Source: Octopus sinensis
Taxonomy: Eukaryota
Length of the DNA stretch: 64,000 nt
Direction of reading: 5' to 3'
NCBI RefSeq assembly: GCF_006345805.1
Contig: NC_043005.1
Coordinates: 69,254,001 to 69,318,000 of the forward strand
In this document: positions 40,524 through 53,916 of the stretch, piece by piece
Numbering within the stretch: the first letter of the stretch is position 1
Layout of the letters: each line of letters starts with the position of its first letter
Notes under the pieces: model-generated
What the model was told of the DNA's origin: nothing
The model's database searches: none
The model's input: only the letters and a program-made list of their open reading frames with translations
Program-made: the position numbers and the translations under genes

Positions 40524-41240
40524 AATGGCTAGCAGGCACATTGAATTGTCAGTGAAAAATTAGCCCTTACCGAAGTACGAAATATGTTACAAGAAAAAGT
40601 AAAAGAAACGATATCTACTACAGTATGTATATGTATGCGTTTGTTTCTGTGTGTGCGTGTGCACCTGTTTATGTGTATGTGTGTATCTGTTTTGTATTTG
40701 TTCGCGTGTGACTGCATATGTGAGAGGTAGCGTAACCATCAGTATAACTAATACATTTGAGCAAACGATTTTTCTCTTCACCATGCATTTATTGCATAGC
40801 TTGCAAGATTTGTAAATAGATATTTCTACATTTTATAAGTGTTGAAATTAATAGTACTCGGTTCTGCTCTATACATAAATCAAAATGACAAATACAATTG
40901 GATATAATTGCATGAGACAGATCTTAGCAACTGAAATATTTATTTAAGTACAAATTATGTCTTTCCATTATTACAATCTAAATACCTGTAAACATGGAAA
41001 TTGTGCAGTAACTATAAACAGGAAAGCATGGTTACATTCATTTGTACCCTATCACACAACACCAACAAATTCACACACAAACACTCACACACAGATGTGT
41101 ATATATAAATATAAATGTATGTATATATTTATATGTGTGTGTGTGTGCATGCCTGTGCGTATAAGTGTATATGTGTATATAGTTAAAAAATAAAAGCATG
41201 CATATATACAAATACGCATTTATACAAATAACTATATACA

Positions 41241-41304
<64 letters not shown>

Positions 41305-41337
41305 GAATGTATAAGGACTCATATACATCACTCCCCC

Positions 41338-41381
<44 letters not shown>

Positions 41382-42280
41382 GCAGACTGATGAACACCCC
41401 ATATAAATGTGTGTGAATGTGTGTGTGTTTGCATTTGTATATATACACAATCCCATGTGTATTTCTCTATGTGTATATTGATATCTGCATTTTTAATACA
41501 TTATTCTTATTTAATTACAGTAACCTATAGAGTTAAATATGTAAATAACTACATTATTATGAATTTACTGTGGTAAACATTCCCGCTCATTGTTAATAAT
41601 TGTTGATATAATACATAAATATTATCAATATGGAAAGTGCATCCGTATCATGCGTGCGAATTATTAATACTTTGGCTTGCGTATATATATGTTGAGAGAA
41701 CGAACCGGATAGAAGGATAATGAACAAAATTGATCACTTATTAGGAAATAGTTCAACGGCAAAGATATATATTCTGCTAGTTATCATTCTAGATATCATA
41801 TTTAAATAGGAAGCGAGTAATGGGCTAGGTTATTAGCAGTGGTATTTCATCGCTCGAAGGATCGTCGTGTTTTTAAGGTCTTAATTCGGATCCGGTGTAT
41901 GGCGATTTAGGTTTCACCTTTTTGTATCATGAGACAGATTAGAAAGAAAAAAAATTCTATCTAGTGAATGTTGTAGCTTTTCATATCTGATATGCAATGT
42001 TCTATTAAAACAATTAAAATGAATTCAGTAAAATATTTTCTGTGGTTTCCATTGTATGTAGTTTCAGCAAGAATATTTACTCTCACTAGGTGATACTACA
42101 TCAATAATATTTTTGGACAGATGATAATCTCAGAAGTTATGTGCTCAATAGGTTACTAAGATAATTGATGCGAAGTTGACTCTTTAGATCTTCCAGAGGT
42201 CGCTGACCAATTTCTTCATATATGTATATATATATATATATATATAATATATATATATTATATATATATATATATATAAT

Positions 42281-42312
<32 letters not shown>

Positions 42313-42325
42313 CATATATATACTA

Positions 42326-42410
42326 TATTTAAAAAGCAGCAAAGAGTTTAGACGTTCCTACTCGTCGGGCAGTTTTTCAATGAACGGGAACGGGAAAATC
42401 TGAGTAATAC
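42326..42410 (+). mobile_element. Decayed relative of the 39849 fold-back element
   Basis: atttaaaaagcagc...tcgtcgggcagttttt...atgaacgggaacgggaaaatctgagtaa; between (TA)n and (TAA)n. Confidence 0.7.
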
Positions 42411-42422
42411 TTTATGATAATA

Positions 42423-42457
<35 letters not shown>

Positions 42458-42598
42458 TAATAATAATAATAAAATAATAATAATAATAATGATAATAATA
42501 ATACTACTAATAATAATAATAAGGAATATGATTCCAAACTTACTGGGAAAAATTCAATTTAGCAATACCAAATCAAATTTCACAATATATAATTCATG

Positions 42599-42629
<31 letters not shown>

Positions 42630-42874
42630 GAAGAACGTGTAGTCTATTTACTATTCATATACTATTTAATTATTATTTAGTACTTTATTCAGCGAATTCT
42701 ACATTATCCTATAAGATCTGTGAATTTAAGGTTCAAATTTAGCATCAAATAGTAACTAATCCACTAGACCTTTAGAGCATCATGTGTACATAGGCATAGT
42801 CTCTTCTATGCCCTTAATGTTGGCCGGTGGTAAAATCTTTAACGATTTTATCCTTTATGATTACATATATATAT

Positions 42875-42906
<32 letters not shown>

Positions 42907-42925
42907 ATATATATATATATATATA

Positions 42926-43352
42926 ACAAGTTGAGTTGTGGGGTATCGCACGAGTGGGATTATATAAGAAAAAAGGTTTGAAAATGCAATTTAAACGATG
43001 TTTATTTACTTAACCGGTTTCACTCTTTGGTAAAAGATTGTCAAAAGTTACATTTAAGGAAACATTGAATAATATGGGTTCAAAAAAAGCTTTTTACATA
43101 ATTGTCACATTGAATATTATGCATTCAAAAAAGTTTTTACATAATTGTCACATTGGATATTATGAATTCAAAAATGTTTTTTTTATACATAATTGTCACA
43201 TTACATGTATAAATATAGTGTTTGGTAACAGAGAAGTTCAATAGTGTGATGAGAATATTGGGAAAATTTGGCAGAAAAGGATAAAACAAATATATTATTG
43301 GGAATTGGTTGCGTTAATTATTGGTTGTCGCAAATTGTCACATTACATGTAT
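42926..43352 (-). mobile_element. PLE pLTR-like remnant with decayed hammerhead and ~43-bp internal repeats
   Basis: Minus 43048-43008: actt TTGACAA tcttt-tacc-aaaga gt GAAA ccgg TT aagt; tacataattgtcacatt three times at 43090-43205; abuts (TA)n. Confidence 0.6.
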
Positions 43353-43624
43353 ATATATACAATCTTCGGTATATATATACAGCCTTTTGACAGCAAAATT
43401 AAAATGGATTTTTTATACATCTCAGAATATTTTAAGTACAAGGCGAGAATGTTTTTACTGACCTGTTGGTATTAGCATAAAGGCTGAACTGAGAGAACAG
43501 AGGAAGTAGCCAATGTGGTGTATACTTCCCCTTTATGCATGAATGATTTTGGGGTTATCAGGAGGTTAGTATGCGGGTGTGAATAGATGTGTCCGTGCCC
43601 GCTGGTCAGATAGCGTCTGTTTGT

Positions 43625-43845
43625 CACACACATATATACACACACACACACACACACAACAACAACACACACATACACACACACATAGTAAACAAACACA
43701 CACCACATACAAACAGCACACACACACACAGAACACACACACCCACACACAACGCACCCACATATATCACATATACACACAGCACACAAATATAATATGT
43801 ATCTATATATAACATACACATATATATAACACACATACACACACA

Positions 43846-43876
<31 letters not shown>

Positions 43877-44433
43877 TACATAATATAAATATCACACAAA
43901 TACACCTAGCATATATATACACACACACAATACACACATACAGCATGTAAGTAATATACATACACAATATATGCATGCAATATACATACGCAGTACATAC
44001 ATATAATATATATATATAGACAATGCATATACATATATACACATATACATATAAATAGTGTTTACATACACATACATAGATGTACCACATATACACACAA
44101 TACACATACATACAACGCATACACATACACGTACGCATACATATAATATATATATACACACACACACATAACATACATACACAATGTATACATATATATA
44201 CACGCAATGCACATACATGTATTCATGCATATATAGCACACCAACAATATACATATATACACTGCACACATACACACACATATATACACTTAATTGTACA
44301 CATACATATACAATACACATACATACAATATACATATACACAATGCCATGCAAATAATGTACATGTTTATACACACATAAACAAGCAAATAAATATACAC
44401 ACACACACATACCACCACACATATATATACACC

Positions 44434-44464
<31 letters not shown>

Positions 44465-44625
44465 ATACATACATACATGCACATACATATATTTTTTCAC
44501 ACACATACACATACATATATATATATATAAAAAATTCATATATATTATATATATATATATATATATATTTATTTATTTATTTATATACACATGCACACAC
44601 ACACACACACTCACACACATAAACA
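43625..44625. repeat. ~1 kb degenerate CA/TA microsatellite mosaic
   Basis: Directly visible; source of many spurious ORFs. Confidence 0.95.
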
Positions 44626-45592
44626 TATATAATATGTTTATATGCATATACACTCACGCACATATAGAAAGAGAAAAATGGTCAGGTAGATAGATTGATA
44701 GACAAACAGACAGACGGATAAATAAATAAAGATAGATAGATAGATAGATAGATAGAGATAGATAGATAGATAGATACAGAAAGAGAGAGAAATCTTCTAG
44801 GCATAACTTCATTAAAATATAAAACTTCAGTCTCACGTTATCATCTGAAATCTATGCCAAACCGTTTGGTCAAATGTGATTTACACTCAGTAAGGAACGA
44901 TAGTAATTTAAAATTAGTACGAAACATTCAGACAAACTCATTAATTGTATTTATTCTCATTCTTATTTTCTTGATATTTTGGCCCAATATTTTCGTGTAT
45001 AATGTACTGAACACCGATTATTACACAGTATTTCTTGGTGGTATTGTTTGGAAATACTTAAGAATACGGATGTAACTTATAAAAACTAATTATATATACC
45101 ATACGTGATTCTAAGATGTGAAAATAGCTCACATCTATAGGTTCAGCATTCCATAAATATAAAAATAGATTGCACAAGCAAAATGTTTATCTTGCAACTG
45201 TAATTTTATTTGGTTGTAATCTTAAGGCAAATCGTCCATCGAAGTGTGCATTGCTAAATCGTGGGAAAATAATTAAATGAAAATAAACCATATATTACAC
45301 AACACAGAGTGATGCTCACTCTCTTTCTCTCTCTCTCTCTCTCTCTCGCCAGCGCGCTCTCTTTCCTTCTCTCTTCCACGCATATACACAAACACACACA
45401 AACACATAAACAAATATAAAAGTATATGTACATATATATATATATTATATATATACATATATATAAATATATATATGTATATATATATATGCATATATAT
45501 ATGTAATATATACATACATATATATATATACATACATACATACAATATATATATATATACATATATATATATATTATATATATATAATAAAT

Positions 45593-45920
45593 ATTAGGGA
45601 ATGAATCCAAAATTACAGGGAAAAATCAGATTTAGGGTTAAATCCAATTTTATAGTAAAATATTATATAATATAATTCGAGACAAAACCACTATTTTAAA
45701 ACCAAACAAGGAAAGAGTTAATCAATACATAAAATTTTAATATAAATTAAATAAACCGCCACTACAATTGATACTGATTAGAAGATCGAAAATCCACCTG
45801 AAGATTGTCGGAGCAGACATGAAACATTTGTAGTGGCGGTTTATTTAATTTATATTAAAATTTTATGTATTGATTAAGTATTTCCTTGTTTGGTTTTAAA
45901 ATAGTGGTTTTGTCTCGAAT

Positions 45921-45931
<11 letters not shown>
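45593..45931. mobile_element. Fold-back PLE-like element: 104-bp arms, 60-bp spacer, ~70-bp tail, inside (TA)n
   Basis: 45664-45767 is the reverse complement of 45828-45931 with two mismatches. Confidence 0.85.
45794..45836 (+). ncRNA. Minimal type I hammerhead motif with intact core
   Basis: ccac CTGAAGA t tgtc-ggagca-gaca t GAAA catttg TA gtgg: stem I ccac/gtgg, stem II tgtc/gaca, GUA triplet. Confidence 0.8.
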
Positions 45932-45961
<30 letters not shown>

Positions 45962-46741
45962 TACATATATCAAATATAAATTGCGCTGTGTCACTTTGAG
46001 TTTGCTAGTGTTAACAATACTCGCTAAGAAAATCCAGACTGGAGTGCTCCACGTAAGCTATATTCCACTTAGTAATTTCAATGGAGCCAGTACTAGCAGA
46101 TGGACTTGTATGTAATTGTATAATATACCTCGGTATTTTTGTTTTACATATATTGTGTGAAAATATCCTGATGAGGGGAGTGTGAGTTTTAAAAACAAGA
46201 AATATATCATAGTACTGGGAACGTCTCTGAAACGGGCCATAGATGCAATATTTCAAGTTTTGTGATATTTTGGTGTCATTTTAGTACGTCCTGTTAAGGC
46301 TTTATCATCTCAAATTTTTATTACACCAACATGGGCTCAACTCTTCTTCCCTCTTCATCTAACCATCTCCCTTCGCCTCTCTCTCCTCACAGCTATTTCC
46401 TCCCACCATCCTCTCCACTCTTACTCCGATTCCTACTTCTTCGCTTCACTCCTATTCTCCTTCTCTCTTCACTACTACTCACTTTCTCCTTTCCCCTTCA
46501 TTGTCACCCCTCCCTTGTAAGCCCACCCTACCCCTACACATCCACCCCACATTTACTATCCTTTCAGAATCTACATATATTCATACATGCATACATACAA
46601 AAATATCCTGATGAAATTCGAATGAAGGAACGTTGGATCTAAGTTATTAGGCGGCTCTGTTTCTATTGGCTAGAAATGGAAAAAGAGAACTAAATAATAC
46701 ACACATACATAGATACGTACATACGTACATACATAAACACA

Positions 46742-47140
46742 CACGAAAGAGTACTAAAAGGTTCCTGGTTTCGTGTAAAAAAGAATACAGGCAAATCACT
46801 TACTTATGAGGTAGATTTGTCTCCTAAATGTGGCCGACAATCAAGGGATGATGGTAGCTGGAGGAGATGTCTTCCTGGGGCTATATACTACAGTAGCATC
46901 GTCCAATTATAGTCAGCCACATTTAGGTGTTAATTATATCTCACAATGTCGTGCTACTGCTGTCCACATCTCGCTCAGAGTTTTATTATCGCTTTATTAT
47001 GATTTTATTGAAAATAAATTACAGATAAATTACAGTGGACTTTAAATTTTCCTAAGCCCCGTAAAGAGTCTGCGAAATTTGGAACTCTAGCCTGGCCTTT
47101 CAGCAAACCCTTAAAGTCAGGGGTCTTCCATCACCTCGTA
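46742..47140. mobile_element. Degenerate mariner-derived MITE interrupted by a ~190-bp insert
   Basis: Imperfect TIRs acgaaagagtactaaaaggttcctggttt / aaagtcaggggtcttccatcacctcgta, TA at the right end. Confidence 0.55.
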
Positions 47141-47161
47141 TATATGGTAACATTTTGTGTA

Positions 47162-47167
47162 TCTATA

Positions 47168-47221
<54 letters not shown>

Positions 47222-48905
47222 TGAGAATGTGTGTCTGTCTGTCTGTTTCCCTAAAACTTGAGAACTACACAACCAATTTCATTCAAGTTTTACACATGCC
47301 TTATTTAGGGTCCGGGAAATGTCATCGGCAAAACTTTAAAAAATTTTTGCCTAGGGCGAGCCCACAGCAATATCATATCTTCTCCACTACGATTCCCTAA
47401 AACTTGAGAACTGCAGAACCAATTTCATTCAAATTTTACACATGCCTTACTTTTGGGTCCATGCAGTTTCATGGGCAAAGGAACGTTCGACTTCTTTCCT
47501 AGGGCGAGCCCATAGCAATATCATATCTTCTCCACTATTTCAGTATTACGTATTAAAAGTGAAAGAAAAACTGTTCTCTTTTTTATGTCAGATACTTTCA
47601 CTTTAACAATAAAAATTAGAGATAATAATAACAACTGAATTATATTTAGTAAGTAATAATTACAATCAAACTAAATTAAATCGTAACATAACAATTAAAA
47701 TTAAAAATCGCAATTGGTATAAAATGTCATCAATGACTTGAACTTAAATAAGTGGTTTCACATGAATGGGAATACATTAAAAATAAAATTGGTGTGCAGA
47801 AATGGAACAGTCCAGATGGAGCTGTGCACATACCATTTACCACGGCTTTTATAGTAGATTATCTGCTAATTAGCTAGCATTAAGTATCTAAATGAAGCTT
47901 GGCTGTATGTAATATCTGTTTTCTCGAACAGCCGCCTCTACGGAGTACAGCTGTTGGTTTATTTATTATATATAAAGGACTATAGCTTGAACTGCGTACT
48001 GTTTTTTGATTTACCGAAAGGTATGTTGTTATTATTATTGCTGTTTAACTATTGTTATCACGTTTGTTGGTTCCTCTTAAGACAAACGTTATTGTGTTGC
48101 ATTTGTTAAATAATTGTAAACCGCAACCGTCCCCCTTTGGGAGGAGCTTTTATTATTGTTTAAAAATTGAATTATGTCCCCGTTCGGGGAAATTGACAAT
48201 ATTTGCACCGTTTATATGGAAGCATTTTTGTTAAAATGCCTTCGATAGGAGAACATTCAAAAATGAATTTCGCTGCAGCCGTCGGCGGGGCGAACTCATT
48301 AAAGTTAAAATGGAAGAAATACAAACCTATTTCGGATTGATCACCGACAAGGACGGTGAAACTAGGATAACACCACCAAACGAAATAGAAAATAAAATTA
48401 AAGAAAAGACTATTGTCTATAAAGTATACAATGTAGAAAAAAATGATTTGAACACCTGGAGAAAAGCACCATCGAAAAGTGTCTTGGTGCGACTATGAAA
48501 GATATCTAACCAAAGGCGGTAAATTCGCCACAACAGAAGCAAAGTTCGAGTCAACGGAGCGTGCAAGGGAGTACTCGACTCAAACCTTGCAAAGTGGGAA
48601 TATTTTACTTTTACCTTTATATAAAAATTTAAAATATCCCCCCAGAAGTAGAGGTAGGCTGGATTGTAGCCACACTTCTATACAAGAGGGATGACAAGAT
48701 ACACTTGATTGAAATTGCAAGAGACGGGCCTACAATTCCAGTCTGTTATATATTTTGAGTATTGGTGTCACTAGCGATATCAAGATATAACTTTGTATTT
48801 TGTATTTTATGTGTAGATGTATATATATATAGATGTACATGTAATATGTACACATATATACATGCACTAGCACTATGACCCAGCAACGACGGGTCATAAT
48901 TCTAG
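47162..48905 (+). mobile_element. Non-autonomous Helitron, apparently complete (1744 bp)
   Basis: A|TCTATAC 5' end, (GTCT)n, two ~146-bp subrepeats (47247-47389, 47393-47537), 3' hairpin tatgaccc/gggtcata (48874-48898) then CTAG|T. Confidence 0.75.
48174..48720 (+). pseudogene. Broken ~170-aa ORF inside the Helitron, possibly retrotransposon ORF1/gag-like (duplicate at 55466-56010)
   Basis: Non-repetitive overlapping ORFs in changing frames (NFAAAVGG..., KIKEKTIVYKVYN..., KFATTEAKFESTERAREYS); product assignment is a guess. Confidence 0.4.
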
Positions 48906-49611
48906 TATATACATATATATATATATATATACATAAATATATACATGTTATTGCATATGTGTATATATATATACCTATATATACATACATATACGTATAC
49001 CATTTACGCATATATATATATTATATATATATATATATATATGCGCGCGTGTGTGTGTATGTGTATAAATGGTGTTTGTAAATATATGTACTATATGCCA
49101 ATACAGACATTAAGTAGATGTTCAGTATAGTTACACGTAATTTAGTGAAACCCACATTTTCACGACCACATTTCTCTTCACTCCTACCCACCTTCTCATT
49201 TCCCTCCCACTTCATCCTCAACCTTCGCTCGTAAGCCCACCCCACCCCTACACTTTCCACCCCCAACTCCCCTATCCTTCCCCATTCCTTACACCCAGCA
49301 GGCACACTTTCAACATCGCCTAAACATATACAATATATATATTTTCACTGATGTAAAAAAATGATCTATTGATATCAGTACTTTATTTCTATCCAATTAC
49401 CTTTACTGAAGTATATCATTTTGCTGCGAAGATAGTGACAAATTGTACAACTCGTGTAAGAGTTCACTGAAGTCTTACAATTCAGAACGGTAACTGTGAA
49501 AGCATTAATAGCAAAACAGTCTGAAAAAGCAGTTTAGCCATGCATTAGCAACAGTTTTTAAAGAAATGCTACCATCAATAATATTTCTGCTTCCGATTAC
49601 CTCGTTGCAAT

Positions 49612-49955
49612 TATTAGCATCATCATCATCATCATAAACACCAACAACCTGTCTTTCACCATCATGGACATATTCACTATCCTATTCCTCATCATTATCA
49701 ACAACACCGTTCAGTTTGAACGTTTCTCTCATTATTGTCGCCGTTGTTTTCATCACCATCGTCGTTATCATAATCGTTGTCGTCGTCGGCGGCGGCCTCA
49801 TCATCATCACCATCATCATCATTTTCGTCATCATCAACATCGTCATCTTCATTTCTGCCGTCACTTTCTCACCGTCGTGGTGATCATCATTATCGTCATC
49901 AAAGTATCCATGCCGAACATTAGCAACAAATTTTGTATTGACATTATCATCAAGT
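49612..49955. repeat. Degenerate (CAT/CGT)n tract (duplicate at ~56915-57262)
   Basis: Directly visible. Confidence 0.8.
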
Positions 49956-52489
49956 GAAGCACTACAAAAACTTTTGTCTGAAAATTATTTGCATTATTAT
50001 AACAGTACAAGTTGTAATGATTGATTCCATTAAGAATATTGGTAGTTTTTTAAATATCAATAAAAATTTTAGCACTTTTACAAGAAAAATAATAAAAAAG
50101 AGTAAGGATATGCGAATGCGCGTGAAGCTGAAGGAATTTAAGAAATATAAGAACCTATAGACAGAACATGCTTTCAAATATTCATCACTCGTTGATAGAA
50201 AATAAATCTTGTATTTAATAAATTGAAAACCAGAAAGTTTTTTGAACGTCTCTTCCAGAGAACACTTAACAAAAATTAGTCTGCACCTGCCAGAGTCAAA
50301 CCCATTTAGATGGCGAGTTATGCGTTGGTAATATGTCGTATGCAGCTGATAATTGTATCTAAAGATTTTATAGTAAATTTATTATTTTCTCTAGCATCAA
50401 ATGTATAGGACGCTTTAACAATTAAAGAAGGAAATATTACTGAAAGTGCCTGTCTGCACTCTATAAAAATTAAAACAACACACACACATATACACATACA
50501 CATGCATGCAAGCGCATACACATACGCACTCACATAAACACACGAATACACACACACATATTTATGTACATGGATACATACACACATAGGCATTCGCACG
50601 CATGCAAACAGACTATATAAAGTGTTAAACAATATTTTTTGTCTCGATTTTATAGCAGTCTGTCCCAAATCCATAATTTAAATCTGAATATAATTGCCGG
50701 TACTTTCTTCGTCTTCGTATTTCTACTTCAGCCGATTAGGATTCCTTTGATATGAAAGAGATTAGCTAGAAATCTTCAGACAAAAAAAATCAACAGGGAT
50801 ATTATTGTCTTTTCTTCTAACCATGATCATACGATTTTTATGCATCGCTGTGTAATAGATTTAACAGTATCCAATTTCAATTGAAAATATTTTAAGGTAA
50901 ATTATTTTCGCTGATTTCAGCAATCTCCTGTGAATCAATGCACACTGGTAAATTCTCCAGATCTGGAGACATTCTCCAGATCTGGTCTGGCAAGTGCCAT
51001 ATTATTGGCCAACAAGTAGGATGCACAACGGTGTTTAATTCCTTTGGTTTAACTGCGCTCTATGGTCTCAGTGATGTTGGAGTTGAATGCAATTAGATTA
51101 ACGCTTGGCAGATCGGAGTAGATAATGATAGAGAAATGAGATGCAATGTGTCATGATCTCAATGTCCCGTTATAGTTTCTTAGTGATTACAAGTCTGACG
51201 AATTTACTAAAAGTCATAGTACACAATTAATGATTGTAAAATAAAGGAACAGTGTCAAGGAACACGACTTTGGAGATATTACTGCTTATATTGCATTATA
51301 TGTGTGAGGGTAAATATATAATGTGATGGTAAAATTTATAGAAATTTGGAGAGAAAGGGGCCATGTTTGAGAACAAGGAAGGATTTGGTTTGTGAGCGTC
51401 GGGACTGGTGCGAGATGGGAATGAAACTTTGAATGTTTATATTATCATCGATGACTGGAATTCCTTGAGGGACATAGTGAGTAATTTTTTTAAATTGTGG
51501 AAGATTTGCTTGTGGTTTGGCAGGGAGGCTTTCACTGTACGGAACATGCTGCAGTATTTCCTCAATAAGGGTAAGTAAAATTGAGCCACGGGCTTAGCAG
51601 TCATTATTGGTTAAATACAAATGATTAAATTTTGAGTCAGTGCACTGCTAAAAGACTTGAAGACAGAGAAACTGGGTTTTATATAATAGATGAGGCATCT
51701 ACATATCAGTGAGGCAATGTAAGTATGGTTTACATGTAGTTAGAGGGTCGTGATGATGTGGGTATTATAGCTTTTAGGTGATAACACGATTATTTAATAC
51801 GTCGGTGAAATTATGATGGGCTTTGTATTTTGCTCGGATATGGTAGCGTGGGCAGGGATAGTAATTGGCCAATTCAAGTGAACCCTACGCAGAAAGCCAC
51901 GACTGAATATTTTAAACAAGGCTAACTCCACTAAAGACAACAGGACCAAGAACATAGTTTACAGTATATTAAATAATTTGATACCTTTATCCAACGATCC
52001 AACGCGAGCATGCATTGAAATAAAGGAGATTGGCATTATTACAAATTAGTCTCGAAATTTCCATTCACAAATTACCATGTGGGAAATAGATACATTAAAA
52101 GAAAATGTAATTCAGATAATCGAATGTGTATCGATTTTGTTTCACGTTGCCCATTCTCTGCTGATGACAGTAGTGATGGACGAAGAATCATCGATATTGC
52201 GTGTCGTTAATTCATTGGTAAGTATAGGTTATAACTTGATTGAGTAGAAAGAAAATACGTCTACAGAGGGATTTGTAATGAATGGCATAATACAATTTAG
52301 TGTTGAGATTTGGTGTTTCGGGAAATCTCTACAAGACTAGCGTAAGTAAGTGAGAAAGGTGTTACATGCAACACTTGATTTGCAGATTATTGACCTATAT
52401 TTCAAGTGTCTGTTCATTATCAGATGACTCTGATTACATGCATACACACTTAATCAAACACACAGACGCATACACACACACACACATAC

Positions 52490-52521
<32 letters not shown>

Positions 52522-52719
52522 ATATATATGTGTGTGTGTATATCTGAGTATATATATGTGTGTGTATACATATACGTATACATATATAACATATATATAC
52601 ATATCTATATATATATATATATAATATATATATATATATATGTGTGTGTGTGTATATCTGAGTATATATATGTGTGTGTATACATATACGTATACATATA
52701 TAACATATATATACATATC

Positions 52720-52756
<37 letters not shown>

Positions 52757-53509
52757 CATGAAAGAAAGAAAGAGTGTAAGAGTTAGAGAAAGGGAGATGA
52801 TTCATAGTTATAATAACTTCAGATACATTGTAATGTAACTAGATGGAGATTCATGCAGAGCAAACGCCGTTGTCACAAATAGATTTCTTGAATGCAGACA
52901 GTTTTAATATATACACATTACAATATCATTCTGCTGCTGTCAATATTGATGTGCATTCATATAGATTCACTAATATGTGTAATGTGTAACATTTACTTAA
53001 TAATCTCAGCGGATATGTAAAAATATTTCTGTGCTTTATCATCAAACACAAAATTGTGTTAAGCGAAAACTAAATAATACAGAGTGATGATCATAGTGCT
53101 AGATAACATGATTATTCATTAGAAAATGCGAGAGCAGTAACGACAAATTGATAGGATACGATTTCATCTGATAGGATGCAGATTACATCTCGGGATATTT
53201 GTAACTACACTGAAACATTTTATAAGCAATATATATTGCATACCTAGCGTAAAAATTGAAATACATAATTTGTATTAATTTAAAGTTAGAAGCACAATTT
53301 TAAAGGTAAATAGACACGTGTAATACATAATTATTGTGCATGTTTTGATCGCTAAAGAAATAGATTATGCGGGGTTGAACTTCTGAAGGTGTAAGAATCT
53401 GTATATACGCATGTGTGCGTGCGTATATTTCAGGTCTTGAAGGGATTATAATTATAATAATAATAATTATTATTATTTTTTTTATTTACATGAAATGTAT
53501 GCATGCATG

Positions 53510-53916
53510 CATGTATATATAACTCTGAGCACCTTTTCAAACTCTACCCATGTATATATAACTCTGAGCACCTTTTCAAACTCCACCCATCTAACACCCG
53601 TGGACATATTTACAAAGTCAGAAAACAGCACAGCTCCCATGACTTCAGGAAAAATTTTTTCACCAATGGAACAAACTACCGGCATCAGTTGTTAGTTGTC
53701 GGAGCACTGCATCCTTCAAAACGTCCATGCTTTCTGAGATTCGCCAACACTACACCTGATTTTCTCCCCTCCATGCACACACAAGCATGTATCTGACTCA
53801 TACATTGTTCGCTTTCCAGACATCTTTACATTACTGCATGTACTTTATATGCACTTTCTGATACGTTGTGGTGCACCTGAACACTGTATACAATAATTTC
53901 ATTATTATTTTTATTA
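53510..53916 (+). mobile_element. CR1-clade LINE 3' end with (ATT)n tail
   Basis: HLFKLHPSNTRGHIYKVRKQHSSHDFRKNFF...WNKLPASVVSCRSTASFK (TRGH..K...R..FF...WN.LP..VV...S...FK). Confidence 0.85.

Noticed and set aside
43090-43205. CRISPR-like repeats
   Set aside because: Eukaryotic context, inter-repeat sequence is itself repeated, no cas genes
46161-46640. aaatatcCTGATGA twice (46161, 46601) as hammerheads
   Set aside because: No convincing stem II and GAAA/stem I register; possibly very old remnants but unsupported
51300-51870. Possible PLE N-terminal coding remnant on the minus strand (AKYKAHHNF...NNRVI)
   Set aside because: Similarity too weak without a profile search
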